A DNA stretch of 62,682 bases, filler included, from Welwitschia mirabilis (Eukaryota): assembly GCA_051453625.1 (NCBI GenBank). It is 4 parts of one record of this genome, joined end to end, with 100 filler letters (N's around TTAATTAATTAA, not from the genome) between each part and the next. Parts side by side here need not be neighbours in the genome. Positions count along the whole stretch, not along the records: positions 1 to 19,618 come from JBOZIK010000001.1; positions 19,719 to 41,464 come from JBOZIK010000001.1; 2 more parts are not named here. One strand, written 5' to 3'. Shown here in pieces: positions 13,150 through 25,175 of this stretch (position 1 is its first letter; each line of letters begins with the position of its first letter). Below the pieces are notes generated by a model. The model searched no databases, had not been told where the DNA came from, and saw only the letters and a list, made by a program, of their open reading frames with translations. The position numbers and the translations under genes are program-made.

Positions 13150-16100
13150 TATTAGAATTTTTGCAAAAGCATTTTATGTAATAAAATACCTATAATTATA
13201 AATATTAAAGCCATAGATTTAATAGTGCAAAAATCATTTGTGAGTGGCTCTATATGGTTTAGGAAGACCATATGCCCAAACTACACTTTCCACTTGGAAA
13301 TATTTCTTATAAAACATCCTTCTAAATGATATATTAATAAATAATATGATGAATGATGATCATGCGTTTCATCCACATTATTAGTAGAGTTGGTAAGATG
13401 TTATGACACATGAGATGTGTTTCTTTATTTATAACCATTCATTTAAATAATATTTAATTAATAATTTTTATTTCTGTTATAATAAGGTGTTTTATGCAAA
13501 ACATGTTTATTACATCTTGTTTCAAGGATTATTATATTTCACTAATTAATCCTTTTATTTTTTAACACCCTCCGTTAAGATAATAATCCTTAGAATATAT
13601 GTTTTACTTCAATTTTACTTTAGGAATTCGAACTTTGAGGAATCATCTATCAATTCATTCTTCTTTGCAAGCTTCTTTCTTTATCGAACTAACTTCTTCC
13701 TATCTTAGAACAAATGTAGAAGAGAATTATTTTTCTTCTTGTTTCATGTCATGAAATACGTCTTGTTTTATAACATAAAGTTAATTTGTCATCTAAGTGT
13801 TTTTGTAAATGTTTTCTTTCGTTAATTTATGATTTTTTCCATGTTCATCATTTTTATTTCTAGATTCATTAATTCTAATTTTGTGGCTAGTATCTTTTCA
13901 TGTTTCATCATGCTCCTTTGTAATCATAACTTGATCTACTTCTTGATGTAATTTTATTTTTGGTTTTCTTATAAGAAATACTTTATTTTATTTTTGTCTA
14001 CCTATCTTCTTTAACTACATCTTAACATCAAGCTGAAATTTAATGTAAATATTGATTTTACCAATTTATAATATTATAAATTGAAGCTTCAACTTTCTTA
14101 AACTTAAATGAAAAAACAAGCTTGTACATAAGAATGATCTTATGATGATTAGATTAATAATTAATTTGTAAGGCCTCCTCTTTAAACTTACCACTTTGGC
14201 TAGCTTAGAAACTTCTTGGAATAAGTTTCATTCCCAAGTTTGAAACAATAAAAAATCGTGTCTTTAATTTCTACTTGTTTAAGAAAGTAATCTTATTTTA
14301 GATAAAATAACTTATTATATAACAAAATAGTTGTTTTGGGATAAAGCACTTCTAGATGAAATAGTTTGTTTCACGATAAACTAGCTATTTTAGGACAAAA
14401 TATCTTGCTTTAGGAGATTTTCTTTTTGAAAATTATTTCTTTATTTCCTTTTATTAGTTTGTTCTCTATCTTCATCAATTTCTGCTTCATCCTTGTCTCC
14501 ATGTAGTTTCAAGTTTGACAAAGGATTCTTTAAAACAATGATTTAGATCATTAATTATTATTTATAACTTGCTTGTAAGTAAGAATATAGACGTTTTTAA
14601 ACAAGAATGAATACTTGAAATAACAAAATGAGATTGCTTTTATCCCATTGTACCTCCCTTAATATCTTCCTTGTATGGCTTCATTTGATCTTATTTTGAT
14701 GTCAAACCACATTAGGTAATGTTAACATTATTAATGACAAACTTAGTCATCTTTGGAATGTTGATTATAAGCCTCTATAGGTCCTTGATGATGTGAAGGT
14801 TACACTCTTTACCAAATGATGAAGGATATCTTCTTGGCAATGAACATTATTTTGGAGGATACTTTTAGGTTTAAGCTATTTTCTAAATAATATTGGAGTG
14901 TACAAGAAAAATGAAAGGAACGTAAAGCCTATGGAATTCAGAATAAAGATGAAATGGTGGTGCTACTATAATGATGACAATGGTGATGGTAATAGAGTTG
15001 CTAGTACTAGTGCTAGTACATATTTCCATACTAGCGGATGTGGCATTTATGGTTCTTGCATTGGTTGATATCAGTTGGTAATTAGTTCTCATGTTTGCAC
15101 CATTTACTATTCTTGTTGTGGTATATTCTACATTTTCTGTGTCTAAATACAAGACTTGATTAATGGTTGTTATGGATACCTACTTTGCACTTTTAATTCT
15201 TATCTATTCCCTTCTTATAATTTGAGATTTTGTACACATTCTACTTGCAACATCTAATTATGCATTTAAAAGCACCATGTCTAAATAGTGGAAACATAGT
15301 TCACACATCTATTTGATTTCTCATTTTATGTAGATTTTGAAAACTCCCAAGACTATGCATTAGAATTAGAGTTTCTCTAGTCTTCTTTTGATGTATCTTT
15401 TGGCTGTATGTCTTAGGATTGTTTATATTTATAACAGATAAAACATTCCACATTCAATGAATCCTGCATCTCTATTTTAGAGTTAATTTCCAATGGATCC
15501 TCTGCTCTAACTTCAAAATTAGAGTTTAACTCTTCTAGTGGAGATCCTAAATTTAATAGATCCTTTATCCTTAGTTTAGAATTATAGTGCAACTTTTTTT
15601 TAGTAAGGTTGCCTTATCTTCAACATGAAATTATGCTAAGTCATCTCCTTTGACACTTTGTACTTTAATTTTAGGATCAACTACTTTGTCGGCATCTTTT
15701 TTGGTGAAATTAGTTTTATGCAATATTAGTTTTTGTAATCTCTTAATTTTAATTATTAGCCTATTTTGTCTTTGTAATGAAACAAAAACAAAAACATCCT
15801 TCTTCGTGATGAAACAAAGTTATTTTGTTCTATACTAGTTTATGAAAAGCCTATTTTATTTTGCATGACATAATAAAAAAACACTATATCATGTTGTTAG
15901 ATAGGTGATTCATGTATGGACCACTTACCTAAGTCATGCTATGTTAAGTATCTTACCCACTTGAGTAATAATTCTCACTTTATCAAGTTGCATCATTTTA
16001 TATGAATGAAAGTAAATTTCATGGATAAAACTTTATTTTGATGAAATAGTGTTTTTCTAATTATAACCACTATTATATTGAAGTTATTTTAGGTTGAAAC

Positions 16101-17532
16101 TTCAATCAACCAATTTTTTTTTAGGTTGTAACTTTATTCTGCATTTTTCTTTTGATTTCATTTAATGTAGGAATTTTCAAATTTGTTTTAGAATTCAAGT
16201 GTTTCATGTTCTTTTTCACTTCCTCTTATCATTCTTCAATTTTTTGATTTCATTTAATGCATGAGTTTTAAAATTTATTTTAGGATTCAAGTGTTTCATG
16301 TTTTTTCCCCACTTCCTTTTACCTTATGCCTTGAATAGGATTTATCTTTAAATTTAAAAAAAAAAAAAAACCTAGTTTTTGAATTATAGTCTTTAAGTCA
16401 TGTTTTCTTGATTCCTTCATACTTAAATCTGATTTTATGATTCCATTTAGGAAGTAAAGTAAAACTAGTTTTATGAGAGGCTTCATTGAATCACTAATTT
16501 TTTAAATACTTCTTATCTGTAACTTCATATGATGAAAACTAGTCCTAAAACATAAATTAAAGCATAGTTCCATGTTTTGTAATCCTAACACAGGTTTTGT
16601 GACTTGCTTTTAATTTCAAAATTTGAGTTTCAAACTTGGAATGGTTATTTAAGCTACTTTTTTGCAGATTCAAATTTGATTCCATGATTTCTTTAGCTTT
16701 AGCTTCTCTATCTCATCAATTTTTGCAAACATAATTCTATAATTTATATAGAAATTTTACATCTATCTTATTTTTTATTATGAAACTAATTTTAAGGTTT
16801 TTAGCTTTCTGTTTTGTGTTTTAAGAGTTTCATCCTTTTACACTTTACAACTTTAGATTTATTTCATCTTAAAAACTTTAGCTTCTATACCTCATCTTTT
16901 CTTTCATGATAAAATAATTATTTCATAGGGAGATACTATTTCAAAAAATCAATATTTTTGTTTCCATGAACTAGTTAGTTTTGATTTCATGATGAAACCT
17001 ATGCATTCAAAAATTTTTAGTTTATTTTGTAATCATCATCATCCTAAAACTAGGACTTCATAAGGTACATCTTTTAACATCCCAGGATTTCGACCTTTGG
17101 TTCTAATACCATGTTAGAATCTATAAGAAAGTATTTCATGTAATAAAATATTTATAATGATATATATTAAAATCATAAATTTACATAGAAAACATCCTTT
17201 GGAAGTGGCTTTGTGTGGTTTAGAAAAAACCTATGCCCAATGAATACTCTCCAGTTGAAAGTATTTCTTACAAACATTCTAATAAATCATATATTAATGA
17301 ATGATAAGAGTATGAATGATGATGATATCCTTCATTCTTTATTTTTAACATACTGGGTGAAAGGCTATGATATATGGGATGTGTCTCTTTATTTATAATT
17401 ATTCACTTAGATAATATTTAATTAATAATTTTTACTATTGTCATAATAAGGTGTTTTGTGATAAGACATATTTATTACATCTTGTTTCAAGGCTTATTAG
17501 CTCATACTAATTAATCCTCTTATTTTCCACTA
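13150..17532 (-). mobile_element. Old non-autonomous LTR retrotransposon (iMet-type PBS) with ~420-bp LTRs
   Basis: LTRs at 13150-13567 and 17112-17532; PPT complement ccctcc at 13568; PBS-like gttctaatacca at 17100-17111 (near TGGTATCAGAGC); flanks GTACT/GTACC (4/5 TSD match); two decayed zinc-knuckle-like stretches at ~15260-15460; no RT or integrase motifs seen. Confidence 0.75.
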
Positions 17533-17799
17533 GTACCTATGGATATCTACAACCCTAAGAAAAGCCATGAGAGTAGAGCCTACCTCAAGGATTAGAAGTC
17601 ATCCTTGTATCCATGAATTCATACTTTATTAAAGATCATTTAACTTGGCGTCCATCATCATGAAAGTGCTACTCTTCATTTGTTCATTGGAACTCTACCA
17701 TTTCAAATCTAGAATTCTTTTCATTATGATAAACGTTGATCTTATTATGAGGTTTTAAGCATTTCTTGTTTCTTTTTGGGTATGATAGAATGATTAACT

Positions 17800-19519
17800 C
17801 ATGAGACATCAAGGCGCGCTATTACCCATTTAGACCACTCCATCGTCAACACATTCATAGGTGANNNNNNNNNNNNNNNNNNNNNNNNNNNNNNNNNNNN
17901 NNNNNNNNNNNNNNNNNNNNNNNNNNNNNNNNNNNNNNNNNNNNNNNNNNNNNNNNNNNNNNNNGATAGAATGATTAACTCATGAGACATCAAGGCGCGT
18001 TATTACCCATTTAGACCACTCCATCGTCAACACATTCATAGGTGAGCACATATCTTTATAGGAACACATGTGGTAACAACATCTAGAGTCTAAAATCCAC
18101 TTAGAACTATTTCTGACCTTATCATTAGTTGCTAGTAGAACACCACTATCACCATCTGCAATACTAGCCTCGCCAGAATTTTCTTCACCATCTTTATTAG
18201 AATTGTATTATTGCTGATCCTTCTTTTTAAGTTTTCAACATTCAAATTTAATGTGCCCTTTCTTGTGATAGTAGTTACAGGTTAGTTTTTTATGTGAGCT
18301 AGACTTAGATTGAAACTTCTGCCTATTACTACCACTAGTGGAACCCTTTTCAAAAGTTTTACCATGCACTACTAGACCTTTTGCTGAAGGAATATTAGAC
18401 TTCCTAGTTAATTGAGTATCAATTAATTCATGTTGTAACAAAGCATTCTTAACATCCTCAATAGATAATTCGTCATGACTATAAAGCAGAGTTTCTCTAG
18501 AGTGTCTATATGATTTAGGTAGTAAATAAAGAAGAGGAATAGTCCAATCCTTATCCTCAATATTAACATCAATATTCTGCAGGTCCATAATGACTGAGAA
18601 AAATTCATCCAGATGAGGTTTAATTTGGTTACCTTCTTGCAAATGAAGATTCTTGAGTCTATTCTTCAATAATAGATGATTAGTAATGTCTCCATCATGT
18701 ACAACAATTCTAACTGGAGCCGCTAGCTAGCTATGGTGGTCTCCTTCACTACTTCTCGCAATACTTCGTTCAACAGGCAAAGTTGGATTGCAAAAAGTGT
18801 CTTCATGTCCATCTCTTCCCACTGATCATCAGTTATGGACTTCAGCCTTTTACCCTTGTCTAACAGTGCCTTCTGCAAATCAAGATTGCATGCATCTTAA
18901 GTTGCCATCGACCGAAATTAATCGATTGATCAAACTTCTCAATATCGAACTTTATCGTCATCATGGTGAATGTCAAATAATCAAACAACCTAGCTCTGAT
19001 ACCAACTTATTAAGAAATGTGCCCAAAGTTTAATTGAAAACAACAATAATAACAAAATTAAAGAGAATGAAGCAAATGAATTTATGTGGTTCAGCCAATG
19101 CGGCCTACGTCCATGGGTGAGAGAAAACAAGTTAATATTATTGTGTAGAAAGAGTACAAACTGCAAGTCTCACAATAATGAAACCATAGCTCTCAAAGAA
19201 CACAACGGCTATAGTTTCTTGATCCCCGAGATAATGTATATATAGCCATAATAACAAAACAACCATTGTTTCTTGATACCCAAGAAAACATATATATAGT
19301 CATAATAATAGAATAATCATCTTTTCTTGATATTGGTGGAAGTTTGTGGAGGGATTTGGATCGTTCGCTAACTCCACTAAATCTCTGCTAATGAACCATG
19401 CCAGACTAAAACTGGTCATTCAAACTTTCCACAAAATCGTCAAGTCTAACCTAAGAAACTTTCCACAAAATCGTTGAGTCCAACCCAAGAATTCAAAGCA
19501 GCATCAACAAATGCCAACA
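17800..19519 (-). mobile_element. 3'-truncated Ty1/Copia (Tork/Tnt1-like): 5' LTR, PBS, gag, protease start
   Basis: Perfect PBS complement gctctgatacca at 18993-19004; LTR ~19008-19519; gag KFDIEKFDQSINFGRWQLKM...LLYLLPKSY...CNYYHKKGHIKFEC; protease WILDSRCCYHMC and VDDGVV*MGN, after which homology stops. Confidence 0.85.
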
Positions 19520-19618
19520 AGTGGGCCTTCCTCTAACCTATCTTTCTCGGTCATCCATTTGTCACATGTGTGCTGCTGCACTAAAAATATTGCCAGCAAG
19601 AAAGCGCCAAAATGCCTC

Positions 19619-19718
19619 NNNNNNNNNNNNNNNNNNNNNNNNNNNNNNNNNNNNNNNNNNNNTTAATTAATTAANNNNNNNNNNNNNNNNNNNNNNNNNN
19701 NNNNNNNNNNNNNNNNNN
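19619..19718. other. Assembly gap with artificial TTAATTAATTAA linker
   Basis: The 12-mer (19663-19674), which has stops in all six frames, is centred in a 100-base N block; the same construct occurs at 41509-41520 and 53356-53367. Confidence 0.9.
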
Positions 19719-22700
19719 TCCCTTCTGCTAACGCCTGCAAGTATTCGCTAATGACACCTACAAACGATGCAGGTACGGTGCTGGGGTTTGACTCTTCCGT
19801 AAAGAAAAGCTACCCAGGAGAATACGAGTGTGACATTGATGAAGGTAACACTAACACTGTAGTTTGAACTCTTAGCCAAGAGAGGTTAAAGTGGAAGTGC
19901 ATGATGCCGAAAACAGTAAGAGAAGCACTGAAATCAGTTAAAAGAAGGTGTATGATCTGAAATTGGTTCGACTTGCCATTTGAAAAAGGTGGATTTACAG
20001 ACGCGGGTTTACCAAGGAGATGATTGAAATTGGGTAGCTGATTGGTGATTGAAGGAAGGCTAGGCAAGTGAGCTTGATTTGTACAAACTTGCTTTTCTGC
20101 CTTAATCCGTCTTAGGGGAAAAAAAAGAACAGTTTGAAATATCTGTGTGGTCTAACTGTCTTCAAACGAAGGATTTTATGTGGTTTCGTAGCAGAGATCA
20201 GCCTTCTTAGTAAGAATTGAAGGGGAAAGCTACGATTTGTACTTGGAGAGCATTTGGATAGAAGGGGAGTAAACTAGCAGATTGACTAAACTTGCGGAGT
20301 TCATGAAACAACATCTATGATCTTCAGGAGTGTATTAGCAGAGGCACTATATGGAAGATACTGTGTTTTATTAGCAGAGAATGGTTAGTGACATAGCAGG
20401 CAGAGTACACACTGAAAGATTCACGTTAATCAGTGAGAGAAGCGTGTACTGTGTAGGCTTGACAGACAACGCAGGTGCTGGCTGTGATGGCAGCTAGTGT
20501 AAACAAGGCTAGCAATCTTGCAGTAAATGGCATGACACAGTGTGGAGCATCTAAGGAGTTGGCAATTAGTATTGGTAAGAGTAGTGAAGGTGTCTAAGGA
20601 GTTCTGCCAATAATGCTTATCAGGCTATCAGAGAAACTGCCATATGGAAAAACCTATTCACCATAGCTTATCGAAATTGGTAGAGATTGCAGCAGGATTG
20701 GATGAATCGTTGGTAAGAAAAACCACCATGTATTATAAAACCTACATTTTGAAGACATGCCATGAAACTCACTGCGATGTGCAAAAAAGCTCACTGCATC
20801 GAAATCTATATTGTTCTTTTAACGTCCGTAAGTGATAAGGAATGGAAGTGAACAGTGGAAGGAAGTCGCATTGCAGGTAGAAGGTGGCAGCACATATTAA
20901 GACCTTAAGAGCTTAAAGCCTGTGCGAGCTCAGATGATCTATGCATGTGTGTAGTCTCTGAGTAACACCCTACATACATCATAAAAAAACACAAAATAAT
21001 ACATACATCAAAAAAAAAAAAAAAAAGAAGAAAGACCCACAAAGAAACCATTTAAAAAAAAAGAAACCGAAAGGCCAAAATAAAACAATTTGGAAGTGTT
21101 ATGTTACAATAATGAAGGAAGTTCTAAGTTATTAGATATTGGTATTGTTTAGTCAATCTTTGATAGTTAATGAATGAACCCTACACAAATTATTCTTAGG
21201 AAATTTAGAATCTTGTTTTTTTTAAGGGTAATCCATGTAGGTGGTTGTGCTGCACAAACCTTAGTAGCATGTGGGTATGGGTATCCTATCCCCCACATCC
21301 CCTCCTATCCTCAACGCAGGAGCTTAAAATCTGGACCACTGATCTGAATGTCTGTGACCTTATCACCAGGGTAAGCCATCTTAAATGAAATCTAGAATTA
21401 TGTTAGTAAATAATGAGAATAATAAATTGATTTCAACTGAAAGTGAAACTAGGATATTAAATGTGCATTTACTATAAGAAACTGAACACCGTGACTCATA
21501 AGAATCATTTCCCTATACAACTTATTAATTAGATCTTAGAGATACTAGTAAGTTGTGAGTACCACTATTTCCTAGATGCATACTTAGGATATAACCAGAT
21601 AGTAGATGCCCATAACTCCTCCTTTTAAAGGCCTTTGTCTTTGACTTTGCTATCTCCAGCATTCTTGCCACTGCCAGGTGGATTGGAGTCGCCAACATTC
21701 TTCCTTTATTTCTAGCTATCAGTTTAACAAAAAATGACACTCTTATAGTTGCCCAAATTTGATGAGCCATTTGTTTGCTAAGATTGCAACCTTTGGAGTG
21801 TTAAGCTAGGGGGAACTTGATTTCAAACACATACTTCTAACATTTTTAAGCAAATAACCAATGCAATGCAACATGACTAATTATAAGGTTTGATCAAAAT
21901 AGAGCTGACATTTCCCTATCTCTATTACTTTGAGTGTGGCTAGACTTCCTCAAGCTATTGCTTTGAATATCGCTAGACTTTCCTAAGATGCTATTTAGGG
22001 TATATTTTTAGTATTTGTGGCCTAGTTAATCCATTAGTTTTAATGTCTCTTGGACACTGAAAATGTAGACATGCATGAATTAGTTTTTTGCCTTTGGATG
22101 AGATGCACACTGTGCCCTCACAGCTAACATAAATTTTCTTTAAAACTTCAACAATGTGGCCCCCTTTTAATAAATCTGAGATTTATTATGCATAACTGTT
22201 ACCTATGTCAATAAGCCTATCAACTAGATAGCTGTCCATGAAACAATTCCTCTGGTTACCATAACTTCTAAGGACTATCTCTTTAGATCTAGTGAGATCT
22301 TCCCATCAATGACCACTCTAAAATTGGGTAAATCTAGGTTCTAGTTGGTTCTTTCTGCTTTAGATCTAGTATACCCAAACCTACCATAGAGAAGGAAGAA
22401 TGTTGACGCTATTCCAATTCGGACAAAAAAAAGAGGGGCCTCTGTTCTCTCAAAAGATAATCAAAGGGTCAAGGCCACCGCTTTGGCCACTGGGGCTACT
22501 TTGGTGAGTACAGAAAACTTTCAAAACCCATGTAATTCAATTTCACAAAAGCCATTTTAAAAATGTACCCAAAAGATCATCCAAGGGTCTTCTTAACTTG
22601 TATCCGAAGAGAAGATGACAAGCATCTACAGCATAAAAAAAAGAAAATAGAGTTTGGGAAAACTCTGCAAGTACTTTCATATAAATGAAAGGACCATGTA

Positions 22701-24455
22701 AAGGCTGGAAAGCATAGAATGCAAGCATTTTTAAGTGTTTGCAAAAATCAGCACACTGAGGGATCACCTACAACTGAGAATTTAATGAGAAATGAAGCAA
22801 ATTCAAGGAGATAAAAGAGTTATGGTTAAACCTTTATGGAAACTTGTGTTCAGGAAGCTGTATTTGATCATGCAATCCTCACAAAACCTGTGTAAAAAAT
22901 TAAATCCTTCGAACATTCTCTTCCCGTTGGCCGCTTCCTCAAAGCACATTTTACTCATATTTGTGCTCGTGTATTCTCTTTGTTTTGAAGTATTATCATT
23001 TACTGAGAAGTGTTATCCATGAAGATCTACTATAGTGTGACTACCTTTTAGCTAGGATCAATCGCATGGGTAAGGAAACGAACATTGCCGCTTGCAAGTA
23101 TTTCTGGGATATGTATTTGTAATACTCGTTATCATTCTCTGGTTATTGTTTCTTTTTTTTTTCCCCTTATTTTATGAACTGCAACTTTGTTGCACTTCTT
23201 TCTTTTCTTTCACAAATCTCTGCTACACGTGTTTCCCCTCTTTCTCTGACTTTTAGCTTCTTCCTCCTTAGGCGTTTTCATTTCTTTTGTGCTTTGTTTC
23301 TCCTCGCTATTCTATCACATGCCCCCCTCTATTTGCTACATTGTCATCATCTTCTGCTGGCCTTCTGATCTGCATACTTCTCTTGCTACTTTGACTGTGC
23401 CCAATGCTCCTTTTTCACCGTGCTTGGATCATTGATCTCCTTTGTTATGCTGCTTGCTCCTTTCTTTTTTTCGGCTATTGAGGTCCGCCCTCTGTTCTTT
23501 GCAACACGAATGATCCATTTTCATTAACAGATTGACACATTATAGTGCCAAAGTAGGACTTGGCTCACTTGTAGGCTTAACCAATGACAGCAGCCATGTC
23601 ACTCACAAATCCATGAGAGGAGCCACATCATTTACAACATCACTTTCAAATCCCCCTTAGCAATTAACATGGCATGGCCATTATGATTACCATAACATGA
23701 TGGTCATCAAACCATACAAGCACTTGAGGCATTTTTTCCTGTGCTTGATGCTAGGGATTTCAGGCTCGAAGACTTGATCACGATGCATTTGTGAAAATGT
23801 TCTGCAAAATGAACAATTACAATTCTGTGGTTAGGATTTCTAGAATCTTGTTCTTCCTAGTCTATATCAAACAATATTCTTTTCCAAAGATTCATGGCAA
23901 GGGGGATGATGAACAATTACATGAAGATGCTTAGGAAATCTGTGGATATGGCCATTCCTTGTTCCTCTGTAAAAGTCATGCAGTTGGGGATGGAGAGCCT
24001 GAAGGTGATGCCCAACCACAATACCAAAAAGATCCACGGCAGGACTGTATGTTCCTAGATCGGCTTCTTTTTTAGAGGAGTCCCATTTATTCGACCTCTA
24101 TCCTGCAAAGGGTCTACACTCTGCAGGGAATATCTCTAAAGGAACTTCTATCCATTTGGCTTGGCATAGAGGAAATACCCTGTTTTCATGTTTCACATTT
24201 GAAGCGATGCACTAAAAATGAAAAGTATGGGAACACTCTTCAGTAAGCAATGCATGACCATGTCCTACTCTCAAAGCTTCCATACATATTGGACAAAGCC
24301 TTTGCATCATGAAACAAATACATGATCAGCCATTGCATTTCCATAAGAAGTAACATTCAGTTTTGCAATATAATTCTTAACAAATGCAATGGGGGGTGGA
24401 CAATTAACTCCATTGTAACCATAGCACCCTAGGGTTACAGCTGCATCTAATTTTT

Positions 24456-24579
24456 TCCTTTTTTTTTTTCTTTCTTTTTTTTTTGTTTTTGGTACTCTGC
24501 AGCCTATGTGCCCAACATGGGAATCGAACTTGAAACTTGATGCCTTACAGGTAAATGTCTTTACCACTAGATCAAAGGT
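24456..24579 (-). mobile_element. tRNA-derived SINE
   Basis: Minus strand has an A-box-like TGATCTAGTGG (24564-24574), B-box GTTCGATTCC (24520-24529) and an A-rich tail; flanked by ctgcatctaattttt (24441-24455) and ctgcaaataattttt (24580-24594), a 13/15 TSD match. Confidence 0.75.
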
Positions 24580-25009
24580 CTGCAAATAATTTTTAACAAA
24601 TGTATTACTTATTAGAGAGTGTTAGCAAACATATATATCCACATTTTTTCTATACTAATTAGTATTCTTAAGATATTCAGAACATAACACCATCGGCCTT
24701 TGAGAGTTCAATAAAAGCAACATGTCATTTGTACCATCTGTTTAACAAAACAGTAATAGTAATATTAGAACTCCTCTATATATTTGAATATAAGGAAAAC
24801 GTGCAATTCGAGTAAGAAGCAATGCAAGAATGAATTTGGAGAAAGTGCCTCATCTACTTAATAACATGTATTCTCACTCTCGTCAAAACTAAAATGTGAA
24901 AAACTTTGACTGAATAAATAGTATGATTTACAAATGGTACAAATCGGATAAGATGTTTGCTAGTAAACAAGTCTCCCTTTGCAATGAAATTGTGCTTGGA
25001 AATGTTTAA

Positions 25010-25175
25010 TATTAATTTGAGAGAAAAATTCTATATTTCACCACTACTAATGCATATACACACTGTTCTTGTATAGGCTTAGAGGAATGTGAAAAATAAC
25101 AAGAGATGAGAAGATATCCAATGAAATATGCTATCATCCCAAAAATCATGCTAAATTTCTAATATTATGCTAACA
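25010..25175 (-). repeat. 3' LTR of the Copia element
   Basis: Direct repeat of 31339-31504; adjacent to the PPT. Confidence 0.95.

Noticed and set aside
14883..15152. Thr/Ser/Ile-rich 89-aa ORF
   Set aside because: Low-complexity trinucleotide-like sequence inside a decayed LTR element.
17784..18044. ~80-bp direct repeat flanking a 100-N gap
   Set aside because: Near-identical contig-end overlap; assembly artefact.
21240..21380. Possible second SINE and faint similarity (accactgatc...tgtctgt) to the 55-bp insert
   Set aside because: No convincing B box or TSD, and the match is short enough to be chance.
22569..22887. Three exon-like blocks with GT-AG borders on the minus strand
   Set aside because: The implied introns are only 49 and 64 nt and no consistent recognisable frame joins the blocks.
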